From the NCBI GenBank assembly GCA_013239625.1, contig MU053652.1:1552001-1616000 (forward strand): 64,000 nt of DNA. Direction: 5' to 3'. The position numbers and the translations under genes were made by a program. Below are positions 1 through 11,574 of the stretch, piece after piece (positions within the stretch are counted from its first letter, which is position 1; the number at the start of each line of letters is the position of its first letter). The DNA is from Lama guanicoe (taxonomy: Eukaryota). Below the pieces are notes generated by a model that was not told the origin of the DNA, searched no databases, and saw only the letters and a list, made by a program, of their open reading frames with translations.

Positions 1-392
1 AAGGATTTATGTATTTGGCCCCAAATCAAACTCCTTTCTATTAAGAAGACACAGGACACGCAGAAACCAGGAACACAGTGTCATTTTTCCCTCTCTGGCT
101 TGGAGATCTTCAGGCCAGAGTTCAGGAAGGGATTTTGGATTAGAGTGGAGACTGCCCATCATTTCCTGGGCAAGTCTGCCCAGACGGTGCCTTTTTGGTC
201 TCCAGGTTTGCTTGTCACACTCTGGGCCATTTCTTATGTCTTGACCCCTTCTTAGCCCAGTTCTTCCTCCCTTTATGATGCTATGGCTGGCTGTCACCAC
301 CAAGGAGTGCCCTCTCAGTGATGCAAGTTGGGAGGGACCAGCCCTCTGAGACAAACTCATGACCACGATGGCATCTGGTTCTTTACGAAGAG

Positions 393-754
393 TGTCAGTC
401 AAGTTAAGTTAGGTTGTTCTGCAGTAACAAGCAAACAACCAAACAACTAAATAACCAAACCTCAAACCCAGCATGGCTCAGTAGTGTCTGTAATTAAACC
501 ACTTGAGGGTTCCCTGATAACCATCCATGACACCACATTTGAACACAAGGCTTCAGGCTTTTTTGTGGCAAGAGAAGAGAGGATGTGGCGAATCATGGTT
601 CCTGCTGCTTCCAAGCAGAAGAGAGCCATTAACTGGATGCACAAGTCATGTAGCCACTCCTACCATCAAGGGCTGGGGAATGCAGTCCTCCCGTGTGCAT
701 CCGGAAGGGAAGGACAACTGGAAATACTGGTGAGCAGCAGCGATGCGCACCACA
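393..754 (-). mobile_element. MaLR solo LTR, MLT1I-like (old, degraded)
   Basis: Begins TG and ends ...GCACCACA. The end GAAATACTGGTGAGCAGCAGCGATGCGCACCACA resembles the reverse complement of an MLT1 5' end. Subfamily from recall. Confidence 0.55.
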
Positions 755-786
755 GAGATCACACTGTGAGAAGGCTGATGGATGAA

Positions 787-1082
787 CAGGGAGTCTGCAA
801 AGTGGGTGTGCACCCTGCGAGGTGCATAAGATGATCCACTGGGTTAAGGAAGAACATAGTGGAGGAACCTCCAGGAATACTTATGTTATCTTCTCCTTTT
901 TCAATTTCTCCTTTTTGAGTGTGTCTTTTATACCTGTTATAATGAGTATGTCTATTTATAAGGTACATAATGTAGTGGTATGTGATTATAATTTGTAAGT
1001 AAATAAATATGCATATACAGTGGTGATGCTCCAAACAGTTTTATGGATGGGGAAAGTAATCAAATATGTTTGGTGACCACTG
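787..1082 (+). mobile_element. hAT-Charlie non-autonomous DNA transposon (Charlie18a-like)
   Basis: Degenerate TIRs CAGGGAGTCTGCAAA / TTTGGTGACCACTG, internal GTGCACCC...GATGATCCACTGGG and an AT-rich core. A related copy lies at ~25459-25722 in the opposite orientation. Confidence 0.6.
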
Positions 1083-2924
1083 GGCCGGAGTAAAGACCCA
1101 AAGACCCTTAGGCTGTGAGTGCTGAAGACTCTTTGAAAATAGGGCCTGGAGCCCTTAACCCCAAAGTGACTCAGTTTCCGTGGCGGTGGAGCGCTGATCA
1201 CGATTCCCTCCTCAGAAGCTTCTAGGATAGATACCCCAAAGGTCCTTAGAGCACAGAGGCTGAGACAGGGCAGAATTGGGTTGGATGCCTTTCCTCCTCT
1301 CTCGCCTCTGGCCAGCAAGCACAAAAGCAGCTGCGGTGCTTTGCAGGAGGGCTGCAGAGAGGCGACGTGCAGCCCTGAGCTGGGTGTGTGGTGCGTGGCG
1401 CAGGCGCGCTGGGCATGTGGTGGTCAGTGTCAGGTAGAGAGCACTGCCTCAGTCGGGAGGGCCAGGGGGAGGATAACAAGGGGTGCCACACATTATCTGC
1501 CGCTGCTTTCCCCAGAGAGGCTGAAAATCTTTGAAAGGGTCACTCCGGGGAAGGAGTGTAACTAGATGAGTCTGGCTGATGGAGAGAGAGAGAGAGGAAA
1601 TAACATGCACGCGTGTGCGTGTGTGTGTTCGTGTGTCTGTTAGTTTTTCTTCCTCTGGTTAAAATAGGGTCTCCCAGCTCTGGGACATGAAAAGAAAGGG
1701 AGAAAAACCACAAAGGGGGAGATCAGCTCAGGGAATAAGGGGCAGGTGCTAGTGGCAGAGATGTGGAGAGAACGTGTCAGAAGACAGATCTGCAAGTAAA
1801 CAGCAGAAATGACTATTTGTTGTAGCCAAAGCCGTCAGCTGACCGTGAGATGAAAGCCTATCATCCAGAGGCCTTTGGGGACCCTTCAGACCAGGGTACT
1901 CCTGACAGCCTGCGGATGGGCCGGAGCATCCACACTCAGCCGGGAGCACGGGCCGCCCGATGTCTCACAGCCCCGGCCGGGGTGGAGAGGCCCTGAGAGA
2001 GCTCAGTGTCCGTGCATAACGCAGCATCATTTCCCCTCAGAGGCCTGCTCCTGTCCCCTGTCCCTCCCACTTTTCCTGTCACCCAGGCTCAACCCTCTGC
2101 CTTCTCCCTAACACCCCCTTCCCATCCAGTCTGTTGTTGAAGCCTGGCACTTTCACGTCTCACGTGGATCCCCTCCGCTTCCTCCCCGTGCCTTGTCCCC
2201 AGGTCTGGGGGGGGAGGGGGGAGACAAACATCGCATGTTATAAAACCCTGTACTAATGGTACTTCTTAGGACTCCTAAAGCTGCAGTTGCATGGAACAGA
2301 AACCAGCGTTCTAGAAGAGAAAAAAGAGAGCGGGAAAGGGGAGGGGAGAGGGAGAGATTTTAGCTTAAGAGTACGGGACAGCCCGAGGGCAGGATTTCAG
2401 GGGAGGCTCAGAAGACTGTGGAAGCCAGAACTTGAAAGCCCGTGGGACCCAGGCAGCCTCCTCACAGCCATCTGACTGTGTCTCTCTGCACATCTGCTTC
2501 CCTCTACTCCTCAGCTTGCTTTTCTCTGCTGCTCAGCTGGTGTTGGGATGTGCCTTCCTGCATCTCCTCAGTATTTACATCTCCTCCATTCAAGAGGCCT
2601 GAGTAAACTAACTAGTCTCAATTTTCCTTGGAAATTTCTTATTAGCCAAGTAAATGTGGCCAGGCAGACAGCTGTGGCCGCTGGGGGTCTGTGGCTGTGA
2701 TATCCAGCCTTACCTCAGTGCCATCCCCGTGGGCCTCACATTTATAACCTCCCCTCTTGGCCGGGCTCCCGCAGTCTTCTGTACTTCCCTCTTTCGAGCT
2801 TTATTTTGGTAACTCACAGCATAAAACCGTAGTATTCACCATGCCCGTTCGAACGTCCCCTCTGTCTGCCACATCTTCTTATCTTGCCCAGTGGCCTGCC
2901 CAAGCCCGCCCCACCTAAGTGCAT

Positions 2925-3243
2925 TGGCCTGTCCAATACTGTGGCCTCTGGCTACCCATGGCTACTGAGCACTTGAAATGTGGCCAGTTGGAACTGACAT
3001 GTGCAGTTAAGTGTCCAATACACACTCGGTTTTTAACACTTAGGAAAAAAGAATAAGAAGTATCTCGTTAATCATTATTTATATTGATCATATGTTGGAA
3101 TGGTCATATTTTGGATATACTGAATTTGATAAAATATACTATTAAAATTAATTTCATCTGTTTCTTTTTACTTTTTTTACGAGTTACTAGAAAACTGAAC
3201 ATTACCTATGTGATTCACATTTCATTTCTGCTGGACAGTGCTG
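2925..3243 (-). mobile_element. MER33 (hAT-Charlie) DNA transposon
   Basis: TIR-like CTGTCCAATAC... / ...TGGACAGTGCTG with diagnostic GAGCACTTGAAATGTGGC and ATTAAAATTAATTTCATCTGTTTCTTTTTAC; ~320 bp. Confidence 0.85.
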
Positions 3244-3850
3244 GGCTAGACCACATTCTTGGGAAAGGCCTGGACTTTCTTGCTCATTGCCTTTATTCAA
3301 GCTGTTTCTCCCTCCAGGAAGATTTTTCCATCTTCTGCCTACCCAACTCCTACCCATCCTGCAAAACCTCCCACCAGTGCTGTCCTGTGAAGCTTCATGT
3401 CTACAGGTAGAAGTGAGCTGTTTACCCTCAGAAACATTTAAGTCTTTTTTTTCTTTTACTTTTTTTTTGCATTTAAAAATACAGTTTTGGCACATTTTAC
3501 CTTTATTATAAATATTAGCATGTGTGTGTTATCTCCTATATTCTATTGTAGGTCCTCATGGCCGTGCTTCATTTATTTGTCTATTCCAGGCAGAGATACC
3601 CTATACCTATATATTACAGATCCGTGCCTCTAACTGACCGTGTGTATACCCTGTGGCTGTATATTATAGATGAGCACCTGCAACTGACTGGAAATACTAA
3701 GTCTGTGGAAGAAAAGCACTCTGGCTACAGATTAGTTACTGTGAGCTCAGGTGGGGCTTTTGTCCCAGACTGTGTCCCATTTCTCCCCATCCCTCCCTTA
3801 CCCACTCCTTCACATACCACACATGCACTCTCTCACCTCCATTACCATCC

Positions 3851-4250
3851 TCATTCAGTCATTCATTCATTTATTCGTCAAGAATTTAATGGTACTCTAC
3901 CGCCAGGTGCTGGTGAATCCAGGTGAATAAGGAGACATGGTCCCTGCCTTAATGGAAGTGGCACTCTAATGGAGAGTGATCACAGTGAACAAGGATGCAC
4001 TGATGAGCTGTGCTGTGGAGGATTCAGAAGAGGAACCAGTCAGTGGGGAGGGCAGGTTGGCTGAGATTCGTGATCAGTTTAAGACCATGATGATTAAGCA
4101 GAGGAGTCAGCTGTGTACAGAGCAGAAGTGGGAGGAGCCCAGGCAGAGGGAATCTGGTGTGGGGAGACCCAGGGAGGAAGCAGAATTGCTGCGTGAGGCC
4201 AAAGGACATAATCTCCGCAGCTCCAAGCTCTGGATGGGCGAGAGGAATCC
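3851..4250 (-). mobile_element. L2 LINE 3' fragment
   Basis: CATTCATTCATT tail followed by GTGAATAAGGAGACATGGTCCCTGCC, typical of an antisense L2 3' end. Confidence 0.65.
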
Positions 4251-4477
4251 CTGGTAGGTCAGTTTCTGCTCTGTGTTCTGAGTTTACTCTTTGGAACTTT
4301 GTGAGCATCCTAGGGTACACTTGACTCTTAAAATCTCTCGAGATGCTTTTCAACAAAACATAGAGATTCATTCTGTTTCTTCTCATAGTGTTACCCTTAG
4401 GTGAACGGGGTAAAATTCCTAGTCTTTCTGTATGAAAACCATGTCTATCATCTCATTTTAATGCTTCTGATGTACAT

Positions 4478-4706
4478 TAGTGGTTCTCACTTGGGGGTGA
4501 TTCTGTTTCCCTGGGGGTCATCTGGTGATGTCTGGAGACATACTTGGTTATCACAACTGCTGGGGGTGGGGGGATGGGGTTGTGTTCCGGGCATGTAATG
4601 AGTAGAGGTCAAGGATGCTGGGAACATCTGTAATACACAGGACAGCCTCCCACAACAGAGAACTACTGGCTCAAGGTGTCAAGGGTGCTGAGGCTGAGAT
4701 ATCCTG
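4478..4706 (+). mobile_element. MER20 (hAT-Charlie) DNA transposon
   Basis: TAGTGGTTCTCA...GATGTCTGGAGACA...CACAGGACAGCCTCCCACAAC...GCTGAGATATCCTG, near full length. Flanking 8-mers ATGTACAT/ATATAAAC match 5/8 (decayed TSD). Confidence 0.9.
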
Positions 4707-4758
4707 ATATAAACATAGTCAAGATAGAGATTTTCTTTGCTAGATGGAAAGGTGAGTC

Positions 4759-5278
4759 TGTGGCGGAGGCTCCAGTTGCCACCTCATATTCAGTGTTCCC
4801 TCTGTCCTTAGCAGAAGAAGCCCATTTTTTTCAAAATCACAGTGCATCCAGCTAAAGGGTGCTATTCCCAGCACCCCGTGCATTTAGATGTGGCCGTGTG
4901 ACTGAGATGTCAGCAGAAGCATCGTGTCCTTTGGGAAGATTGCTAAAATGGAGTTGACATGGCTTGTGCTGGTGTCATGGGGATGTTTTACTCTTGCTTT
5001 TCCTTCCTTTTGCTACGTAGAACATAGAGTGATTGCAGGAGCTCAAACAGCTATTTGGAAGACCAATGACCTTGAATATGGAAGCCAGGAAGTGGCCTTG
5101 AGGTGACCTTGAAGATGTCAGAGCACAAAGACAGAAGGAGCCATGGTCTCCAGTGGCTTCATGGAGCCCCTAGACTCCCTCCCTCCAGACACGTTTTACA
5201 TGAATCAATGAACTTGTGTGTTCATGTCTCTTATTTTGGGTTGCCTGTAATATATGGTGAAACCTACTTCTATCTGAG
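4759..5278 (+). mobile_element. MaLR solo LTR, MLT1J-like
   Basis: TGTGGC start; CAGCTAAAGGGTGCTATTCCCAGC...TGTGGCCGTGTGACTGAGATG; GGAGCTCAAACAGCTATTTG; ACAGAAGGAGCC. Confidence 0.65.
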
Positions 5279-7283
5279 AGATGGCCACCGAGGAGAATGA
5301 AGGTCCATGGCACTTTCTACTCCATCCCAGGGACTCTTGTCTTACTTGTCTTTTGCCACGGTCTCCTTGCATGCTAAGTTATCAGCCAGCCTCAGATGCC
5401 GTTTTCACAGTTTTTAAAGTTCTCAGCCAGACTCTACCTGTGGAGACACTTGTGTGTAGCCCATCTTCCAGGATGGCGCCCCGGGTTGTTTAAGGAATTC
5501 CCCACCTCTGAGTAAAAGTTATCGTGTGGGCTCGGTACAGTAGCCTCCTGGTCCTCTGATCCCTCACAGGAGATGCTCAGAAGTTGTGAGTGAGCCGAGT
5601 ACTGAGGAATGTGCATGGGGCCCGCCCCGCACTGTCACTTTTGAAGTCTGAAGTTCTATGCCGAAGCTTGGATTTGGAAGTGCTAAAACGTGTTTGCCAA
5701 AGGCTGGAGTTTTGATGTGGAGTGGAGAAATAGCTGTTACTTTGAGGGGGAGAAAAACGCCTTTCATTTCTTTAGGGGAAGATAAGGAATGCAACTTTGT
5801 GGTTTCTCACTTCTGATCTTCTGGAGAGCAGATGTTCCTGGAGGAATGGCTGGTCCAGAGGCGACATATTTAAGTTCGCAAACACCACACGTTGGGATGT
5901 TAGACATTTCAGTGTTGCTAAAGAAAACCACCAAATTAAACAGCCAACTTTCCCTCTTGGTTTTGTCAGAGACTTTTTAAAATTAACTTGGCTACTGGCA
6001 GTGGGACTGGCTCATTTGCCAGTCTCGGTGATGAGGGAGTGAGGTGGGTGTGTGCCTGGGGTTGGGGAGAGGAGTGACAGGAGGAGGTGAGGGAGAGGGA
6101 AGTGCCTCGTGGGACAGGCAGGGAACCGCTCCTGTGGGCCATGAGCATCCTTGCTTACCACCTCCCAAGTGGCAAACCTCTGCTCTTCCAAGAGGTGGTA
6201 GCATCACACTGAAGGGGAAACCCACCCCTTTGCCACATGGGTGGTTATCTCCTGAAAGATGCACCCTCCAGGAGGGGAGAAACTGGCAGGAGACGACAGC
6301 TTTAGGTAAATGCATGGAAGGTATTTCTTCAGATAAGGATGAATGACGCCTGGGGTTTAAAGGGTGCACTTTGGGTAAATTGCTTCCCTTTGAGCTGTAT
6401 GACCCTCTTCTCATTTCCGCACACCTTAGTTTTTAAAACACAGTGGGAGCTGGATGTTGGGAGAGGCTCTTGCAGAGAGCAGGGAAGTGGAGCTTCGAGC
6501 AGCTGGATGTATCCCTAGCTGTGGTATGAATATGATGAAATTCAGTCTTTTATTTTTAGCAGGGGTTGGGGAGGCAGGGAGAATCTGTGATGCGGGGTTT
6601 GAAGAGCGTCTTCTGGAGGATGCGGATGAGGACGTTGAGACGGTCCCTCCAGACACCCACCCGCAGCACCAGAAGGAGCAGCAGCAGGGGCAGGCCTGCA
6701 CACAAACAGCAAAGCACTGCTTCCTCTTCGCGGCGGCCCCGGATGCCAGTGCCCTGGAGGAGAAACTGAGGCCCACATTGCTGCAGCGGCTCGTTTCCCA
6801 TGGCCCAGCAATTCCCTGGGAGGAGCGGGGCCAGCCCGGGTCCCCTGGCGTCGAGTTTAAGGGTTTTGTCTGTGTGATTGCTCTGGCCTCATGAGCTCAC
6901 TTTCTACTCTGGTACTTGGATGCGTTCCATCACTGCCCTGCTCCGTGAAGCTCTTTCTTAAAATAGGAAAAGAATAAGCTCGTCTGAAGGGATAGAAGGA
7001 CCTTGTGAAGAGAACTGGGCATAATTACAAGTCACCCTGGTTTCACTAGTTCAAGCAGGCAGATGGTAGAGAGAACTGAAGCCAGACAATTTGCACTTAC
7101 CAAATTAGCACCCGTCTGTTAGTCTGCAGAAATGGGGGGGGGGAAGATGGGCATCTCTCTTTTCACCATATAAGGTAAATAAAAGCGGTGCTCACAGAGT
7201 GTTGGCCCTACAGGGCGCAGAGCCAGTGTTCTCCGAGCTGCCCCTCCATCGGCCACACGCTCCCCACTGCCACTGCGAGTAGG

Positions 7284-7433
7284 AGGCAGCCCCTAGTGAT
7301 GGGCAGGACTCAGACTGTGGAGTCAGACAGCCAGAGGTTCAAATCCCAGCTCTGGTACTTTCCACAGTTAGCGTGGGCAGCTTAACCCCAGGGAGGCTGT
7401 TTGCTCACCTATGAAATGGGGATAATAATATCT
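7284..7433 (+). mobile_element. MIR SINE
   Basis: GGAGTCAGACAG...GGTTCAAATCCCAGCTCTG...CTCACCTATGAAATGGGGATAATAAT (MIR B-box and core). Confidence 0.8.
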
Positions 7434-7794
7434 ATTAATCTAAGTAAGTAAATAAAAGTAAGATCAACAGGACATCGTAGGCCTTCTGTAGTGACAGCGC
7501 ATTGGTAGTGGCCACCAACCACACCCTCATCCCAACTAGTCTTCACCTACATGAAGTGGACACAAGAATAGAGGCCGAGGGGACCAAGGAATGTGTCGGG
7601 CCCAGGGCAGACTCCCTCTCGCTCCAGACCCCCTGCAGTCCACATGTTCTTGTCGGCCTTATGTAAAGGCAGGATGGGGGCTTCATACAAACTGCAGGGC
7701 TTAGATCACATGATAGCGCATCTCCCGTACCTCGAGGGGAGCCACGGGCAATTTCAAAACAGGCAGTGTATTGGGTCACCATCCCTCCCATGAG

Positions 7795-8460
7795 CCGTTA
7801 CTGAGTCCCCCTACCCTATGTCAGGCCCTGACCTGGCACCGGGGAGACGCCCTGCCCTCAGGAATTCAGAGTCAAGGAGGTAAGAGAGATATTTAAATGA
7901 ATCCTTATGACAAAACTTAAAAAATGCTGCAATAAAAGTGTGATGAATCCCACTTGATGTGAGAAGGAAGGCATTGGGACAGGTCAGGCACGCAGACGTG
8001 GAGCGGGACCTTTAGGAAGGGTGGGGGTTTCGGCAGGTAGCCAAGGGGGCAGAAGTGACAACATTCAAACAAGGCTCTGGGCTGTGGCCATGCCTGGCTT
8101 TCCCAGGGAGCGGCGAGAACTGCAGGGTGATATATATCAGGCCACCCAAGTGCATCGGCCGTGAACTGATGAGTGAGGCCGGGTCCCACCCTGAATGTGG
8201 GCCTGGAGACAAGGGGGTTTTTAGTCAGTGGAGTGACACCTTTGGGTTTGCATGTGGGAAGATCAGTTTGGCTGCACTGGGGAGGGTGGACCATGAGTGG
8301 GGGCAGGGGGAACTAGTTTTGGGGCCACTGCAAGAGCCAGGAGGGCCAGAGCCAAGGTGGAGGCAGAGGGACTGGCTGCCTTAATGATGAGTTGGATGTG
8401 GGGGATGAGTGACCAGAGGCCAAGGATGATTACCTATTGCTTTCTTGGGTAACTGGAATT
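7795..8460 (-). mobile_element. L2 LINE fragment(s)
   Basis: TTACTGAGT...CCCTGCCCTCAGGAATTCAGAGTC and GAAGATCAGTTTGGCTGC...TTGGATGTGGGG...CAAGGATGA...GGGTAACTGG are L2-like motifs. Confidence 0.55.
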
Positions 8461-8477
8461 TGGGGCCAACTTTCTCT

Positions 8478-8658
8478 ATGGCACTTGCTTAAGCTATAAT
8501 GCTTTCAGTTAATTTCTCCTTTGCCCTTAGACAGGGTGTTCCCTGAGTGTAGACACTGAGTCCCATTCATTCCAGCTGTACCCTTCAAGCTAATACAGAA
8601 TAGGAGCCAAATAACCATAGAATTAATATGCTGACAAATGAATGAATGAATGAATGAA
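8478..8658 (+). mobile_element. L2 LINE 3' end
   Basis: Ends in an (AATG)n tail preceded by degenerate L2 terminal sequence. Confidence 0.5.
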
Positions 8659-9851
8659 CTCTTCATTCTGCTTTGTACTGCTCACCTCTGCGGGGAGAGC
8701 ATGTGCCCAACTGGCTTATTACAGCTCCTGGCATGGGGTCTCACGGATATGCCTGTGAATCCCTGTGGGGTGAAGATGGGGATGAAGATGGGGTGATGAG
8801 GGTGATGGTGATGAGGATGCCATTTTGCTCACCTTCCCCTTCCCAGACAGAATGTTCCCTGGGGGAACACAGGGGGCCTAATTAATTAATGTGAGCAAAG
8901 TGTCCTGATTGGAACTTCTTGGTTGGGAGAAACCACAGACTCAGGGACCATTGCCATTACACAGCGGTCACTGCTCTCGTAGTTCGCAAGGGGCCCCGTT
9001 AAGGCTCTTCTATCGAAGGAAGATAAAACTCCAACCCCCTTAGCCTGGTTATTACACTTCAGAACTATCCATCTCTCCATCTGTAAAATTTTCCCTTGAT
9101 TCCTCATCTGCTCAGTATAGATTTGCAGCTGCTGCTCTGCTGTGCTCTGTGCTGCTGCTGGCTGGGTGGGGGGAGCTCCCAGGTGAAGCAGGAAGAGATC
9201 AAGGCTTGGTGGAGGAGGGGAGGCGGGCGAGAGGCAGCATCACCCTAGACAATTGGAACCACCTGAGCAATTGCCCCAGAATTTTAAGCTGTGATACATC
9301 TTGCACGCTCAGAGAGTACGTCTCCTGTGAGCGCGCGTAGGTCATCTTCTGGGTGCTGGAATGCTTGGACCATGGCTTTTCTGGTTAACTGAGGATAATT
9401 AAAAAAAAAAAAAACAAGCCCGTGTTTTGGCTAGCCCTCTTAAACTCTTTTTCAGAGGCTTTGGTCTAGTTCCCTTCCTTAAGCTCTTTGAACACTGAAC
9501 ACTGTTTACTCTTGATTTCGTGATTCAGAATGCATTCAGGATCGTGATTCAGAATCCCAGCGCTGAAATGCCAATTTTTATTACTCCTAACCACAGGTGT
9601 GGAAGGCTCAGGCACTGGGTGAATCTCATTCCGGGACACATTTTTTATTTTACTTGGCTAACTTCCAGACCTGTTTGTTTCCTGTGCTTGGCTGCTTCTG
9701 AATGTTGAAAACAGATCATTCTGAATATATGAGGGTTCGAGTTGCTTTCCCCTTAATGCAGAGGCTCCTTCCTCCCTATTTTTTCTCAGGCTGTAAGTGA
9801 GATGTGGCTTTGCCACGTCAGGAGAGTTTGGTGTAAACTGTGCCTGGCCCT

Positions 9852-9995
9852 GGTGAGGGGAGAGTATAGCTCAGTGGTAGAGTGTGTGCTTAGCGTGCAC
9901 GAGGTCCTGGGTTCAATCCCCAGTACTTCCATTAAAAAATATGTATGTTTTATATACAGAAATAAACCAAACATCCCCCCCCAAAAAAACCCCCC
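9852..9995 (+). mobile_element. tRNA-Ala-derived SINE (camelid vic-1-like)
   Basis: tRNA-Ala(AGC)-like body with A box TAGCTCAGTGG (9867-9877) and B box GGTTCAATCC (9910-9919), A-rich tail, and perfect 17-bp TSD AAACTGTGCCTGGCCCT (9835-9851 / 9996-10012). Confidence 0.92.
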
Positions 9996-10040
9996 AAACT
10001 GTGCCTGGCCCTATTGCTAACTCCCTATGTGAGTTTGGGT

Positions 10041-10629
10041 AGTGTGGGTTCTGCTACAGTGCCTGTTTGGGAAATGCAAATTTGTTCCAATGCAATTGAT
10101 GTTTTAGGGAACAATTTGGGCATAACACAAATTTCACATTTACTTATGTGCCATTCAGCCTGTGAGAAATACTGGGTGGATGCAGGAAACTGTACCCAGC
10201 TGAACTGAGCAGCGTAAGAAAGTGTAGATGCACATGTGCCTCAGACATCTACCAGCCCTTAGTTCACCGCACCTTTTGAGCCACGCCCACCAACATTTGT
10301 TGTTACAACTCTCTGTTGGCTTGATGTGATAATAATTCACAAGCTGCAAGCTCTCCGGTGCCCATCTCCGTAAGCAGACATCAGAACTTTTTCAGAGTAA
10401 AATGCCGTATTTATTGTAGTATTTATAGATTTCTTAACCATTTTTATGTGTAAAATTGGGCTCCCATTTTTGCTAGATTCCTCTTTTTTTTTTAATGTCA
10501 TTGAGGAAGTATTTGAGTATTGTGCCTCTAACCTCAATTTTTCCCCATAAACCCTGTGGTTTTTAATCAATTTTGCACATCATGGTGATTTTTAGGAACG
10601 CATATGTTGCGTTATAGCAAAAGTAACTG
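10041..10629 (+). mobile_element. TcMar-Tigger non-autonomous DNA transposon (Tigger8-like)
   Basis: Degenerate TIRs GTTCTGCTACAGTGC / GCGTTATAGCAAAAGTAACTG; internal AATTTGTTCCAATGCAATTGAT and TTTTAGGAACGCATATG. Subfamily name from recall. Confidence 0.7.
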
Positions 10630-11574
10630 TTACTGGGGGGCTCTAAGCCTCACTCTAACCAGCTGGGAAAGGAAGATAATGTTGGTCTTGGTGAGAAGGG
10701 GCCTTATTAGGTATGCGAGTAGCATTTGATCTCCTTACCACAGGCCACTTTGATTGCTCACCAAAGATACACAACTTATAGAGAGCATTTCTAAAAGGCT
10801 GAGTATGTCTTCCAGTTTACAGAATTGGAAAACTGACAAAACTTTAAAAACAGGTATATAAGGTGATATCACTTCAACTTTACTTATGTGGCATCTCAAG
10901 TACAGAAGACGTGTCTTCCCAGTTACAGAGTTGTGCTTGAAGGGGCAGGACTAGCACGGACTAAGTCTTTCCTATGGAGCAGATGCACTATATACATCAT
11001 CTCTTTCCATCTTCATACCATACGATTGCCATATTGAACCCTGCCATGTAGTGAGTGCTAATCCAGACGTGGGGTTACATCAGTGAACAGATCACACTGC
11101 TACCCTCTGGGAGCTGAACTGCTAATGGTGAGCGATAGACAGTAAGCCAACAGACCAACACACCCTCAAGGGCCAGGGGGTGATCAGTGCCATGGAGAGA
11201 CAGTGTTGGGGGAGGAGTATTCGGGGCAGGGGGAGCAGAAGGGACATCTGAGGGGGCCCTGGGCAGGGCACAGCAGGACTGCTGTCTCCATTCTACAGGT
11301 GAAGAAACTGAGCTAGGTGGCTCAGAGCCTTCAGCAGGACTGCGGGAAGTTAAGGGGAGGGAGGGAAGGAGGACAGAATTTGTTCTCTGGTCTGCAGGGA
11401 GCAGTAGACAGTATAGAGACGACTGGGCTGAGTCTAGTTTTACTTCAAAGTCCATTTCTTTCTCTGCCTCTGAGCAGCTTTCACTATTTAAGCTTGATCT
11501 TCCTAAAACATGGCTTCCCTCTTGTTACCCTAACCTTGTTCAAGGACCTGGAAAGTTTCTCTGATGGTGGTGAC

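Noticed and set aside
9857..9931. Bona fide tRNA-Ala gene (likewise 14629 and 23635)
   Set aside because: A-rich tails, TSDs, an extra G-rich leader and acceptor-stem mismatches mark these as SINE retrocopies.
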